64,000 bases of DNA from an uncultured Pelagibacteraceae bacterium (GCA_902575785.1 CACGSR010000004.1:8436-72435), one strand, 5' to 3'; shown: positions 51,657 through 61,334, counted from the first letter of the stretch. Program-made: numbers and translations. The notes: generated by a model from the sequence alone, not told the origin.

Positions 51657-52624
51657 TAATTTATATCAGCTGAAAGAATGTTATGCATATGTATAATTCC
51701 TATGGTTTTTTTTCGATTACCTTTTTTAAAAACACATAAGCATGTGATTTTTTTTTCATTCATAATATTCAGCGCTTTTGCTGCAAGAGTATCTTTATCA
51801 ATGCTAATAGGATTTTTTGTCATAAAGAATTTGATTTTATTTTTATTAATATCGATATTTTTTTGAATTGTTCTCTTAATATCACCGTCCGTATAAATTC
51901 CTGTTGTATTTAACTTTCTATTTCGAGCAATTAAAACTCCAAGTTTTTTAAGATTAATAATTTTTAATCCTTTTTTGATTGTGTCATTTTCATTTATGAA
52001 GGGAATCTTATTTTCTATTAACATTAAGTCCTCAACAGTTTTAAGTTTTTTACCTAAACTTCCAGCAGGATGAAATTTCTTAAAGTCAAGTTTACTGAAT
52101 TTTTTATAGTTCATTAGTGAAATTGCCAAAGCATCACCAATAGATAATTGCACACTAGTGCTGGATGTGGGCACTATTCCATAACCTGCTTCCTCAACCT
52201 CTGGTAATAATAATTTAATATCTGCTGCCTTATATAGTAAGGAATTTTTTTTAGAAACAATACTGATTAATTTGATTTTGTAGCGATTGGCATACTGTAT
52301 TATATTTTTTAATTCATCAGAATTTCCTGAATTACTTATTAATATTAAAATATCTTTTCTTGTTATACTTCCCAAGTCTCCATGAGAACAATCACTAGCA
52401 GATATTGAAAAAGCCGGAGTGCCTACCGATGAAAATGTAGATGCAATTTTTGATGCTATCAACCCACTTTTTCCAACTCCAGCTATTACTATTTTTGACT
52501 GGCAATTTGCAATAATCTCAACAGCTTTATTAAAGGAGTAATTAATATTTTTTTTTAATTTTTTTAAAGCTTTTATCTCTAATTCAATTACTTTGCCTGC
52601 AATTTTTTTATAATCATTTTTCAT
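51656..52624 (-). CDS. kdsD: Arabinose-5-phosphate isomerase (KpsF/GutQ)
   Basis: GVGKSG, HGDLG, PTSS, GDALA, HPAGSLG, CBS pair. Confidence 0.95.
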   Translation of the reverse strand: MKNDYKKIAGKVIELEIKALKKLKKNINYSFNKAVEIIANCQSKIVIAGVGKSGLIASKIASTFSSVGTPAFSISASDCSHGDLGSITRKDILILISNSGNSDELKNIIQYANRYKIKLISIVSKKNSLLYKAADIKLLLPEVEEAGYGIVPTSSTSVQLSIGDALAISLMNYKKFSKLDFKKFHPAGSLGKKLKTVEDLMLIENKIPFINENDTIKKGLKIINLKKLGVLIARNRKLNTTGIYTDGDIKRTIQKNIDINKNKIKFFMTKNPISIDKDTLAAKALNIMNEKKITCLCVFKKGNRKKTIGIIHMHNILSADIN

Positions 52625-52628
52625 TTAA

Positions 52629-53240
52629 TTAATGAGACCAAATATCATCTTTAAAGTAAGCTAAATCGAGTTCTACTCTAGTCTTTAAAAACTTTAAACA
52701 ATCTTTATATAAATTTATTCTTTTCTCTCTGACTAAAATTTTCTTAAGCTCTTCGTGTATCTTATGTAAATGAATTACATCGTTTGCACAGTATTTTTTT
52801 TGAGCTTCAGTTAGCTCCCCTCCAAAATCAGAATTTTGAAATTGTTTACTAATGTCTATATTAATAAATTCTTTAATCAAAGTCTTAAGAGAATGGTTAT
52901 CAGAGTATGATCTTGCAAGTTTAGATGCAATTTTAGTATCTAAAATATTTTTAGTATCTACTTTTAAATAAAATTTAATGTGCGCTAAGTCTGCTCTACC
53001 ATAATGAAAAATTTTCGTAACAGTTTCATCATTTAATATTTTCTTTAAATTTGGTGCATCATAATTAGATCTATCTAATTGAATGATATGGGCATCTGAT
53101 CTCCCCGATGAAATTTGAATTAAACAAAGAGGATCTCTTCTTATATTAAGCCCCATAAATTCACCATCAATCGCTAATACATTGCCTAAATGCAAATCAT
53201 CTGGTAAATCTTTTTTGTGAAGTTTAATATCAACACTCAT
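52629..53240 (-). CDS. rnd: Ribonuclease D (short alphaproteobacterial form)
   Basis: AIDGEFMGL..RD.LCLIQ, KIFH.GRAD, TKIASKL, SKQ.Q.SD, YCANDV. Confidence 0.88.
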   Translation of the reverse strand: MSVDIKLHKKDLPDDLHLGNVLAIDGEFMGLNIRRDPLCLIQISSGRSDAHIIQLDRSNYDAPNLKKILNDETVTKIFHYGRADLAHIKFYLKVDTKNILDTKIASKLARSYSDNHSLKTLIKEFINIDISKQFQNSDFGGELTEAQKKYCANDVIHLHKIHEELKKILVREKRINLYKDCLKFLKTRVELDLAYFKDDIWSH

Positions 53241-53256
53241 TTTTAAATATATATAT

Positions 53257-54219
53257 ATGAAACCAAAAAATTGTCTAATTTTTGGCGGAAGCGGTCAAAT
53301 TGGAAGATATCTCATTAGAAAATTAACCCAGAATAACTATAGAGTAACGGTGGTTACAAGAAATATTCACCAGAAGAGTTATAAAATTAAGACACAGGGA
53401 AACGCAGGCTATATAGAGATTGTAGAAGCTAATATTTTTGATGAAATCAAAATCAGAGGTCTTTTTGAAAAAGCAGATATTTGTATTAATTTGATAGGTA
53501 TACTGTTTGAGAAAAAGAAGGGAAATACTTTTAAAAATATCCATGCTTTATTCCCTTCTATTTTAGGAAAACTTTGCAAAGAGTATAATTTAGAACAATT
53601 TATTCATTTGTCTGCTTTAGGAATAAACGAAGCCATAGATTCTGAATATGCTAAGAGTAAACTCGAGGGTGAAAAAAATATTATCAATTACTTTCCCACA
53701 GCGACAATTTTGAGACCATCAGTTGTCTATTCTGTAGATGATAACTTTACAACAAATTTTATGACATTACTAAAAAGTCTACCAATTTTTCCTCTCTACT
53801 ACTCTGGAAACACAAAATTTATGCCAATACACTGTTCAGATCTCATAGACATTATCTACAAAGTAGTACAAAAAAACATAAAATCTAATATACTCGAGTG
53901 TGTTGGCCCAGAATCAATTTCTTTAAAAGAAATTTTAAAAAGATTATCTAGTCTTATTGATAAAAGAGTAATCTTTATTTCTTTGCCTTTTCCAATTGCT
54001 AGCTTGACTGCAAAATTTTTACAAATTTTGCCAAATCCTTTACTAACATTGGATCAACTTAGACTTCTCAAGTATGACAATATTTCATCAGGAAAATATA
54101 AAACAAATTTTGATGTTGGTGTGCCAAGTAAAAAGTTTTTTGATGTTGAAGTTAAAAAATATTGTTATATGTGGAAAGAAGGCGGTCAATTTTCAACAGA
54201 AAAATATAAGTCAAAATAA
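53257..54219 (+). CDS. Complex I NDUFA9-family NAD(P)-binding protein
   Basis: FGGSGQIG, INLIGILFE, YAKSK.EGE, ILRPSVVY, LTLDQLRLL. Confidence 0.88.
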   Translation: MKPKNCLIFGGSGQIGRYLIRKLTQNNYRVTVVTRNIHQKSYKIKTQGNAGYIEIVEANIFDEIKIRGLFEKADICINLIGILFEKKKGNTFKNIHALFPSILGKLCKEYNLEQFIHLSALGINEAIDSEYAKSKLEGEKNIINYFPTATILRPSVVYSVDDNFTTNFMTLLKSLPIFPLYYSGNTKFMPIHCSDLIDIIYKVVQKNIKSNILECVGPESISLKEILKRLSSLIDKRVIFISLPFPIASLTAKFLQILPNPLLTLDQLRLLKYDNISSGKYKTNFDVGVPSKKFFDVEVKKYCYMWKEGGQFSTEKYKSK

Positions 54220-54238
54220 ATTAACATAAATATATTTT

Positions 54239-54742
54239 CTATCTTGATCCAACTTTTTTCTCTATAAAGTCCGGTATTTCCTCTTTATTACTATTTGTTT
54301 GAATTCCATCTTTTTTACCTTTAGGCTGATAGGCATATAATAAATGTAGCTTACAATAAGAAAAATCTTTAAGAGATTTCCTGCCACAAAAATAAAACGA
54401 TTTTTCATTAGGATGACCAATTGGCCATTTACAAGAATTATCATCTAATTCTTCCAATTGTTTTGGATTTTCGGGTTCAAAATCTTTTTCTATTATTAAT
54501 GATTTAAAGCGGCTTCTTCTTCCTCTAAAAGATTTTAAGTTCTTATTTTCATTATTATTCTCAAAATTTTTGTTAGGAGATACGAATCTGGTTTTTATTT
54601 TTGCAGATAGGTTAAGTCGATGAGCTTTTCCAATTACAGCATTTCTACTTATTCCACCTATTATCTCAGCAATTTGATTTGCTGTTTTTCCTTTTCCCCA
54701 CAATTCCTTTAATTTTGCAACTTTTTCATCTGTCCAACTCAT
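54239..54742 (-). CDS. gcrA: GcrA cell-cycle regulator
   Basis: MSWTDEKV..LKELW, SRNAVIGKAHRL, CKWPIGHP, FCG, YCxxH. Confidence 0.95.
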   Translation of the reverse strand: MSWTDEKVAKLKELWGKGKTANQIAEIIGGISRNAVIGKAHRLNLSAKIKTRFVSPNKNFENNNENKNLKSFRGRRSRFKSLIIEKDFEPENPKQLEELDDNSCKWPIGHPNEKSFYFCGRKSLKDFSYCKLHLLYAYQPKGKKDGIQTNSNKEEIPDFIEKKVGSR

Positions 54743-54915
54743 ATATATCTATATAATGTGTTCTAAAATTTATATAATACAATATACTGTCATTATTTTT
54801 TAATTAACAAGTTATTATTGAGAGTTATCAACATGAAAATTAAAATCTTAATTTTTTTAAAATTCAATCTCAACTTGCATCAAAATATTTTAGTTTATAG
54901 AAGGTCACAATAAAA

Positions 54916-56082
54916 ATGAGTTACTTGGTAAAAAATTATAACAGAAAAAATATATCCTTTAAAAAGGGTAAGGGCAGCTACTTATATGGTATCAATGGAC
55001 GAAAATACCTTGACTTTGTTCAGGGCATAGCTGTTAACTCATTAGGGCATGCTCACCCTAAATTAGTTAAGGTTATAAATAACCAATCAAAAAAACTTTG
55101 GCATGTATCAAATGCTTTTAAAATTCCTGAAGGAGAAACACTCGCAAAAAAATTAGTTAAGAAAACTTTTGCTGATTATGTTATGTTTCAGAATAGTGGA
55201 GCAGAAGCAACAGAGGCATCAATAAAAGTCGCAAGAAGATACTTTTATTCAATAGGAAAACCACATAAAAACAGAATAATTTGCATAAAGAATTCATTTC
55301 ACGGGAGAACTTTGGCGGCGATATATGCTAGTGGTTCTAAAAAAATGACGGAAGGTTTTGGTCCTAAAATACATGGATTTGATCATTTTAAATTTGGAGA
55401 TCATAAAAAATTAAAAAAATTAATCACAAAAAAAACTGCAGCAATTATGATTGAAACTATTATGGGAGAAGGTGGTATTAAAGAAATACCAGATTGGTGT
55501 CTTAAAGGCCTTAGAAAATTATGCTACCAGAAAGGCATATTACTAATTCTTGATGAAGTTCAATGTGGAATAGGCAGAACAGGTGATTTTTTTGCTTTTG
55601 ACAACTCAGGAGTAAAACCTGATATTGTTCCTATTGCGAAAGGAATAGGTGGAGGATTTCCTATAGGAGCTGTACTAATGAACAAAAAGGTTGCATCTGC
55701 AATGACCGTTGGTAGTCATGGTTCAACTTTTGGGGGCAATCCATTAGCTATGAAAATTGGAAATGAGGTAATGAATATAGTATCAAATAAAAATTTTTTA
55801 AATAATATAAAAAAAAATTCAAAATTTTTTTTAAAAGAATTAAATGAGTTAAAAAAAAAGTTTCCTAAAACTATTAAAAATATTAGAGGAAGAGGTTTCT
55901 TAATTGGAATACAAGTTCACAAAGATCAGATCAAGTTTATTGACGATTTGATGAAAAATAAATTACTTACAATTAAAGCTGCTGAAAATGTCGTGAGAAT
56001 TTTACCCCCCTTAAATGTAAAAAAAAGTGAAATAAAATTAGCTTTAAAGATAATTAATAAAGTTTGTCAAAGTTATAATTAA
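54916..56082 (+). CDS. argD: Acetylornithine aminotransferase
   Basis: GIAVNSLGH, NSGAEA, FHGRT, DEVQCGIGRTG, AKGIGGG, HGSTFGGNP. Confidence 0.95.
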   Translation: MSYLVKNYNRKNISFKKGKGSYLYGINGRKYLDFVQGIAVNSLGHAHPKLVKVINNQSKKLWHVSNAFKIPEGETLAKKLVKKTFADYVMFQNSGAEATEASIKVARRYFYSIGKPHKNRIICIKNSFHGRTLAAIYASGSKKMTEGFGPKIHGFDHFKFGDHKKLKKLITKKTAAIMIETIMGEGGIKEIPDWCLKGLRKLCYQKGILLILDEVQCGIGRTGDFFAFDNSGVKPDIVPIAKGIGGGFPIGAVLMNKKVASAMTVGSHGSTFGGNPLAMKIGNEVMNIVSNKNFLNNIKKNSKFFLKELNELKKKFPKTIKNIRGRGFLIGIQVHKDQIKFIDDLMKNKLLTIKAAENVVRILPPLNVKKSEIKLALKIINKVCQSYN

Positions 56083-57011
56083 TGAAACATTTTATTAATA
56101 TTAAAGACATCTCCACAAAAGATCTAAAAAAAATCCTAAAAGAAACAAAAAAAAGAAAACAAGCAAGAAAAAAACTTAGTATTTTAGAAGCAGATAAAGA
56201 TAGTCCACTTAAAGGCAAATTATTAATACAAATGTTTGAAAAACCCAGTTTAAGAACTAGATTAAGTTTTCATTTAGCAATTAAACAACTTGGAGGAGGA
56301 ACTATTACTTTAAGACCAAATGAACTTCATCTTGGGGATGGAGGAGAAACATTAGAAGATACTGCAAAAATTTTATCTACCTATGGTGATGGGTTTATGC
56401 TTAGAACTGATAACAATAAAAAACTTGAAAATTTTAAAAATTTCTTGTCGATACCTCTAATCAATGGATTAAGTCCCTCTTCGCACCCGACACAAGTTTT
56501 ATCAGACGTTTTTACCGTCGAGGAAATTAAGAAAAAATCTATTTCCAAACTAGATATAGCGTGGATTGGAGACTCGAATAATGTTTTAAATAGTTTAATT
56601 GCGGCATCTGTAAAATTTGATTTTAAATTGAGTATAGGTTGTCCAAAAAATTATAATCCACGAAAGGATTTACTTGATTGGGCAAAAAATAAAAATAGAA
56701 ATATTTTTGTATACAACGAAGCTAAAAAAGCTGCAATCAACGCAGATGTAATTTTTTCAGATAAAGTAATTTCATTAAATGATAAGGTGAATAAGGAAAA
56801 AAAATTATCACAATTTAAAAACTTTATAATAAATCAAAAGTTGATGAGATTAGCAAAAAAAGATTGTATTTTCTTACACTGTTTACCACGAGGTTCGGAG
56901 GTTGACGAAAAGATTTTTTTAAGCAAACAATCTAAAGTTTGGTTACAAGCTCTTAATAGAGTGCATGTTCAAAAAAGTATTCTATTATATTGTTTTGGAA
57001 AATTAAGGTAA
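56082..57011 (+). CDS. argF: Ornithine carbamoyltransferase (divergent motifs)
   Basis: FEKPSLRTR, HPTQ, GDSNNV, HCLPRG.EV; coupled to argD. Confidence 0.88.
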   Translation: MKHFINIKDISTKDLKKILKETKKRKQARKKLSILEADKDSPLKGKLLIQMFEKPSLRTRLSFHLAIKQLGGGTITLRPNELHLGDGGETLEDTAKILSTYGDGFMLRTDNNKKLENFKNFLSIPLINGLSPSSHPTQVLSDVFTVEEIKKKSISKLDIAWIGDSNNVLNSLIAASVKFDFKLSIGCPKNYNPRKDLLDWAKNKNRNIFVYNEAKKAAINADVIFSDKVISLNDKVNKEKKLSQFKNFIINQKLMRLAKKDCIFLHCLPRGSEVDEKIFLSKQSKVWLQALNRVHVQKSILLYCFGKLR

Positions 57012-57542
57012 AGGTAAAGGATTATCTGAATTCTGATTTAAATATTTTATAACTGATGCTCGATCTTTTTCTTTTCTTAAACCTGCAAAAGCCATTTTTG
57101 TTCCTTTTATCCATTTAGCAGGTTTTAACAAATAACCGTTAAGTTCTTCAAAAGACCAGACCTTACCATGTGCCACTAGAGCTTTTGAATATTTGTAATC
57201 TTCAACTGCACCAGATTGTCTTCCAACGACATTATACAATGCAGGACCAATATTATTTTTTCCACCTTTTACTATTGAATGACAAGCTGCACATTTTTTA
57301 AAAATTTTTTCACCGCTTGTAACATCGCCTAAGGCCATTAAGGTTGCAATATCAACTTTCTTTTCGGTGATTTCAGTAGATACGGTTGAAGCTTTTGTAG
57401 TTTCCTCTATTTCTACTACATATCCAGGTGTTTTTGGTTTTTCTACATGAAATATTATTTTCGATACTTTCCCTATACCAATTATTAAAAGAGCAACCAT
57501 TAAAACTGCAGCAATTATCTTATTTAACTCAAAAGAATCCAT
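57003..57542 (-). CDS. cycM: Membrane-anchored cytochrome c
   Basis: MDSFELNKI TM anchor, CAACH heme motif, GPAL, GTKMAFAG. Confidence 0.93.
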   Translation of the reverse strand: MDSFELNKIIAAVLMVALLIIGIGKVSKIIFHVEKPKTPGYVVEIEETTKASTVSTEITEKKVDIATLMALGDVTSGEKIFKKCAACHSIVKGGKNNIGPALYNVVGRQSGAVEDYKYSKALVAHGKVWSFEELNGYLLKPAKWIKGTKMAFAGLRKEKDRASVIKYLNQNSDNPLPLP

Positions 57543-57643
57543 TTTATAAAAATTTATTTTGAACGTATAACATTATAAATTAAAAATTGCTTATATATAA
57601 ATGTACAATTTTGCCTCTGTTTATAATCTAGATTTAAAAAAAT

Positions 57644-58381
57644 ATGAAAACGATAGTTATAATCCCATCTAGGTTAGCCGCAACAAGATTACCCGGTAAG
57701 CCATTGCTAAAAATTAATGGTTTATCAATAATTTCTCATGTTTTTAAGAGAGCTGAAGAAGCAAATATAGGTGAAGTATATGTGGCAGCTGGTGATAAAG
57801 AAATAGTTGATGAAGTAGAAAAAAATGGGGGTCAAGCAATTTTGACTGATACTAATCATAAAAGTGGAACAGATAGAATTTATGAAGCAATAAATAAGAT
57901 CAAAAAAAAAGATATAGAACTTGTCATGAATCTACAAGGTGATGAACCAATTATGAATATTAATGATATAAAAAACTTACAAACAAAAATGATTGAAACA
58001 AACTCTGATTTAGGCACTTTGGCTTCAAATATTTCTGACCAAAAAATTTTAAAAAACCAAAATGTCGTTAAAGTAATTACTTCTGAACTTTTAAAAGTTG
58101 ATAATTTCCCTGAAGCAATTAGTTTTAAGAGAAAGTTTATTGATAAAACAAAAAATGTTTATCACCACTTAGGAATTTATTGCTATAAGCTACGGACACT
58201 TAAAAAGTTCGTTTCATTTAAACAGTCTCAGAATGAAATAAATAATAAACTTGAACAATTAAGGGCTTTGGATAATGATATTAAAATTAATGTTGCTTTA
58301 GCCGAAAAATCTCCTATTGGGTTAGATACAGAAGAGGATTTTGTAGCCATAAAAAAAATTATGGAATATAAAAACAGATGA
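57644..58381 (+). CDS. kdsB: 3-deoxy-manno-octulosonate cytidylyltransferase
   Basis: IPSRLAATRLPGKPL, SGTDR, NLQGDEP, HLGIY, LEQLRAL. Confidence 0.96.
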   Translation: MKTIVIIPSRLAATRLPGKPLLKINGLSIISHVFKRAEEANIGEVYVAAGDKEIVDEVEKNGGQAILTDTNHKSGTDRIYEAINKIKKKDIELVMNLQGDEPIMNINDIKNLQTKMIETNSDLGTLASNISDQKILKNQNVVKVITSELLKVDNFPEAISFKRKFIDKTKNVYHHLGIYCYKLRTLKKFVSFKQSQNEINNKLEQLRALDNDIKINVALAEKSPIGLDTEEDFVAIKKIMEYKNR

Positions 58382-59208
58382 GTAAAATTTTTTTTCAAGG
58401 AACTTTTGGAGCATATTCCCATTTAGCAGCCTTGTCTATTGAGCCCAAAGCAGAGATAGTACCATGTAAAACTTTTGATGAATGTTTTATTAAAGCATCA
58501 AAAGATAGTGATTCAAAAATAATAATTCCTGAGTCAAATAGAATTACAGGAAACATTGGAATTGAGTACTTAGTTTTTGAATATAGGTTGAATATTTATG
58601 CTGAGTATTATCAAAGAATTGAGCATAATTTGTTAGCTCTACCAGGCACAAAAATATCTGAAATTAAGGACATTTATTCTCACGCTCAGGCATTATCTCA
58701 ATGTTCAAAATTTATCAAAAAAAATAATTTAGTAGAACATGTCAGGGCAGATACTGCTGGTTCTGCTGAGATGATTTCATTAAGCAAGGATAAAAGAAAA
58801 GCCGCAATTGCATCTGCATTAAGTGCTAAGACATACAATCTAGAAATTGTTAAAAAAAATATTGAAAATGAAAAAGGAAATTTGACAAGATTTTTAGTAA
58901 TGGGAAAAAATGTTTTTCAACCAGAGTTTGAAGATAAAAAATACATAACATCTTTTTTATTTAAATTAAAAAGTAAACCTGCTGCGCTTTATCAATCACT
59001 TGGTGGGTTCGCAATTAATGGTGTAAATTTAACAAAATTACAAAGTTACCCTGAAAAAAATTCATTCGATTCATTCTTTTTTTTATGTGACCTAGATGGA
59101 CATATTGAGGATCCAAAAGTTCAGAAATCTTTAGAGGAACTTGGATTGCATTGTCAAGATTTTCACGTTCTAGGTGTTTTTGAGGCCGACAAAATTAGAG
59201 AAAAATAA
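58378..59208 (+). CDS. pheA: Prephenate dehydratase
   Basis: QG..GAYS, SHAQALSQC, NLTRF, GVNLTKLQSYP. Confidence 0.93.
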   Translation: MSKIFFQGTFGAYSHLAALSIEPKAEIVPCKTFDECFIKASKDSDSKIIIPESNRITGNIGIEYLVFEYRLNIYAEYYQRIEHNLLALPGTKISEIKDIYSHAQALSQCSKFIKKNNLVEHVRADTAGSAEMISLSKDKRKAAIASALSAKTYNLEIVKKNIENEKGNLTRFLVMGKNVFQPEFEDKKYITSFLFKLKSKPAALYQSLGGFAINGVNLTKLQSYPEKNSFDSFFFLCDLDGHIEDPKVQKSLEELGLHCQDFHVLGVFEADKIREK

Positions 59209-59221
59209 GTTTAAACTTTTC

Positions 59222-59251
59222 TTGTGGATTAGAAATCATTGCTGCTATAAT
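59222..59251 (+). promoter_or_regulatory. Sigma70 promoter of ffs-dnaX
   Basis: TG-C-TATAAT extended -10 (59243-59251) 6 nt before the SRP RNA; TTGTGG at -35. Confidence 0.65.
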
Positions 59252-59257
59252 ACTTAT

Positions 59258-59341
59258 GGAGGCTAGAGGTGGGTGCTGCTTGAACCCGACCAGATCTTAA
59301 CGGAAGCAGTCGTAAAGACAGTGATTCAGGTTCTAGTCTCC
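59258..59341 (+). ncRNA. ffs: Signal recognition particle (4.5S) RNA
   Basis: Terminal helix GGAGGCTAGA/TCTAGTCTCC; helix-8 core GACCAGATCTTAACGGAAGCAGTC; ffs-dnaX-ybaB-recR synteny. Confidence 0.92.
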
Positions 59342-59349
59342 TAAAAAAA

Positions 59350-61008
59350 ATGAATAAAAACTCTAAAGTGCTGGCACTAAAATATAGGCCTCAAATTTTC
59401 GATGACCTGATTGGCCAAGATGTAATCGTTGAAACGATTAAAAACTCAATTAGTTCAGGAAAAATTCCTAACGCTTTTTTATTTACAGGAATTCGAGGGA
59501 TAGGCAAAACCACTATAGCAAGGGTTCTAGCAAAATCACTTAATTGTTCAAAAGGTCCTAGTAATTCTTGTAAAGAAGATTGCTGTAATAATGGTAAAGA
59601 GATTTCAGAGTCAAGACACATTGATGTATTAGAAATAGACGCAGCTAGTAAGACAGGTGTTGATGATGTAAGAGAATTAATAGAATTTTCACGTTACGGA
59701 CCGACTTCCTCAAAATACAAAATTTTCATAATAGACGAAGTTCATATGTTGAGCAAACAGGCTTTTAATGCACTTTTAAAAACACTAGAAGAGCCACCAG
59801 AATATCTGAAATTTATTTTTGCCACAACAGAAATTAAAAAAATTCCAGTAACTGTTGTATCTCGTTGCCAACGATTTGATTTATCAAGGGTTAATTCTTT
59901 CGAACTATTTGAATACATAAAAAAAATAAAAGATAAAGAAAAAGGGAAAGTTTCAGATGAAGCAATAAAGCTTATAGTTAAAATATCTGAGGGTTCAGTA
60001 AGAGATGCTCTTTCCTTGTTAGATAGAGGTCTATTAAGCCTAGATCAAAATCAAGAACTAGATTTGAAAAACGCACAAAAAATTTTCGGTTATTTTGAAA
60101 AATCTCAATTAATAGATCTTTTTAAATTAGTTCTTGAAGGCGATGAAAAGGGGGCAATAGAAGCCTACAGAAAAATTTATAATCAAGGGGTTGAACCAAA
60201 AATCTTTATCAATGACTTTTTAGAACTGATCTATTATTTTAAGAATATTGAGTTTTTGACATTAGAAAGTACAAATTTTACATTAAATGATAGTGAATTC
60301 AAAAATATAAAACAAATCTCTAAAAATATTGACAATCAGATTTTGATATTATTTTGGCAATTTACACTAAAAACCCTAGAGGAATTGGATATAGTTTCTA
60401 ACCAAAATTTATCTATAGAAATGTTCTTAACAAGATTGATATACTTAAGTCCTATTGAAAAAAATGAAAATTTTTCAAAAAAAAAAGATATTTCAAATTT
60501 GGTGAAAAATAAAACAGAGAATAATAACTCTATTTCAGATTCAAAAAATGAAACTGTCAATCAAATTAAAAATATCATACAAGAAGAAAAGGATAAACCA
60601 CGGATAAAATCAAAAGTAAACGGTGAAAATGAAATTATCATTAATTCATTTAATGATCTTTTAAAAGTGTGTAATGAAAAAAAAGAAATTAAACTTAAAT
60701 ATGAACTTGAAAAAAATGTCAACCTTGTGAATTTCGAAAAATGTAGATTAGAAATATCTTTTAATGATGATTTAGATAAAAATTTTGTAAAAGATTTATC
60801 TACAAAATTATTTGATTGGACAAAAGAAAGATGGATCATAACATTAAGTAAGACAAAAGGAAAAATGAGCATCAGGGAGGAACAACAAAATAAGAAAATT
60901 GAGATTGTGAAAAAAGCTCAAGCTTTAAATTCATACAAGCAGGTAATTGATAAATTCCCAGATGCAAATTTAGTTGATGTAAAACCGAAAAATAACCCCG
61001 AAGAATAA
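59350..61008 (+). CDS. dnaX: DNA polymerase III subunit gamma/tau
   Basis: LALKYRP, GIRGIGKTT, EIDAAS, IDEVHML, SRC, GSVRDA. Confidence 0.97.
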   Translation: MNKNSKVLALKYRPQIFDDLIGQDVIVETIKNSISSGKIPNAFLFTGIRGIGKTTIARVLAKSLNCSKGPSNSCKEDCCNNGKEISESRHIDVLEIDAASKTGVDDVRELIEFSRYGPTSSKYKIFIIDEVHMLSKQAFNALLKTLEEPPEYLKFIFATTEIKKIPVTVVSRCQRFDLSRVNSFELFEYIKKIKDKEKGKVSDEAIKLIVKISEGSVRDALSLLDRGLLSLDQNQELDLKNAQKIFGYFEKSQLIDLFKLVLEGDEKGAIEAYRKIYNQGVEPKIFINDFLELIYYFKNIEFLTLESTNFTLNDSEFKNIKQISKNIDNQILILFWQFTLKTLEELDIVSNQNLSIEMFLTRLIYLSPIEKNENFSKKKDISNLVKNKTENNNSISDSKNETVNQIKNIIQEEKDKPRIKSKVNGENEIIINSFNDLLKVCNEKKEIKLKYELEKNVNLVNFEKCRLEISFNDDLDKNFVKDLSTKLFDWTKERWIITLSKTKGKMSIREEQQNKKIEIVKKAQALNSYKQVIDKFPDANLVDVKPKNNPEE

Positions 61009-61325
61009 TGACTGATTTTAGTAAAATTTTAGATAAGGCTAAAGAACTTGAGACTAAAATGAAAGAAAGCCAAGAAAAAATAAAAAAAATTAGAGCAGAA
61101 GGAAAATCAGGGTCAGATTCTGTAAAAGTCATATTAGATGGAGAAGGAGAAATGCAAAAAATTGAAATTTCCGATGAATTATTAAAAGAGGAAAAATCAA
61201 TCATTGAGGATTTGATAGTTGCAGCTCATAACAACGCTAAATCTCAACTTAAAACTAAAACTAAAGAGGAAATTTCAAAGGCAACAGGAGGTTTTGGAAT
61301 ACCAGGATTTAAGTGGCCATTATAA
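61008..61325 (+). CDS. ybaB: YbaB/EbfC nucleoid-associated protein
   Basis: GKSG, IEDLIVAAHN, PG.K.P; between dnaX and recR. Confidence 0.93.
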   Translation: MTDFSKILDKAKELETKMKESQEKIKKIRAEGKSGSDSVKVILDGEGEMQKIEISDELLKEEKSIIEDLIVAAHNNAKSQLKTKTKEEISKATGGFGIPGFKWPL

Positions 61326-61334
61326 AGTTATTAT

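Noticed and set aside
54778-54791. NrdR-box-like TACAATATACTGTC upstream of gcrA
   Set aside because: Single imperfect copy, not next to nrd genes; NrdR boxes normally occur in tandem
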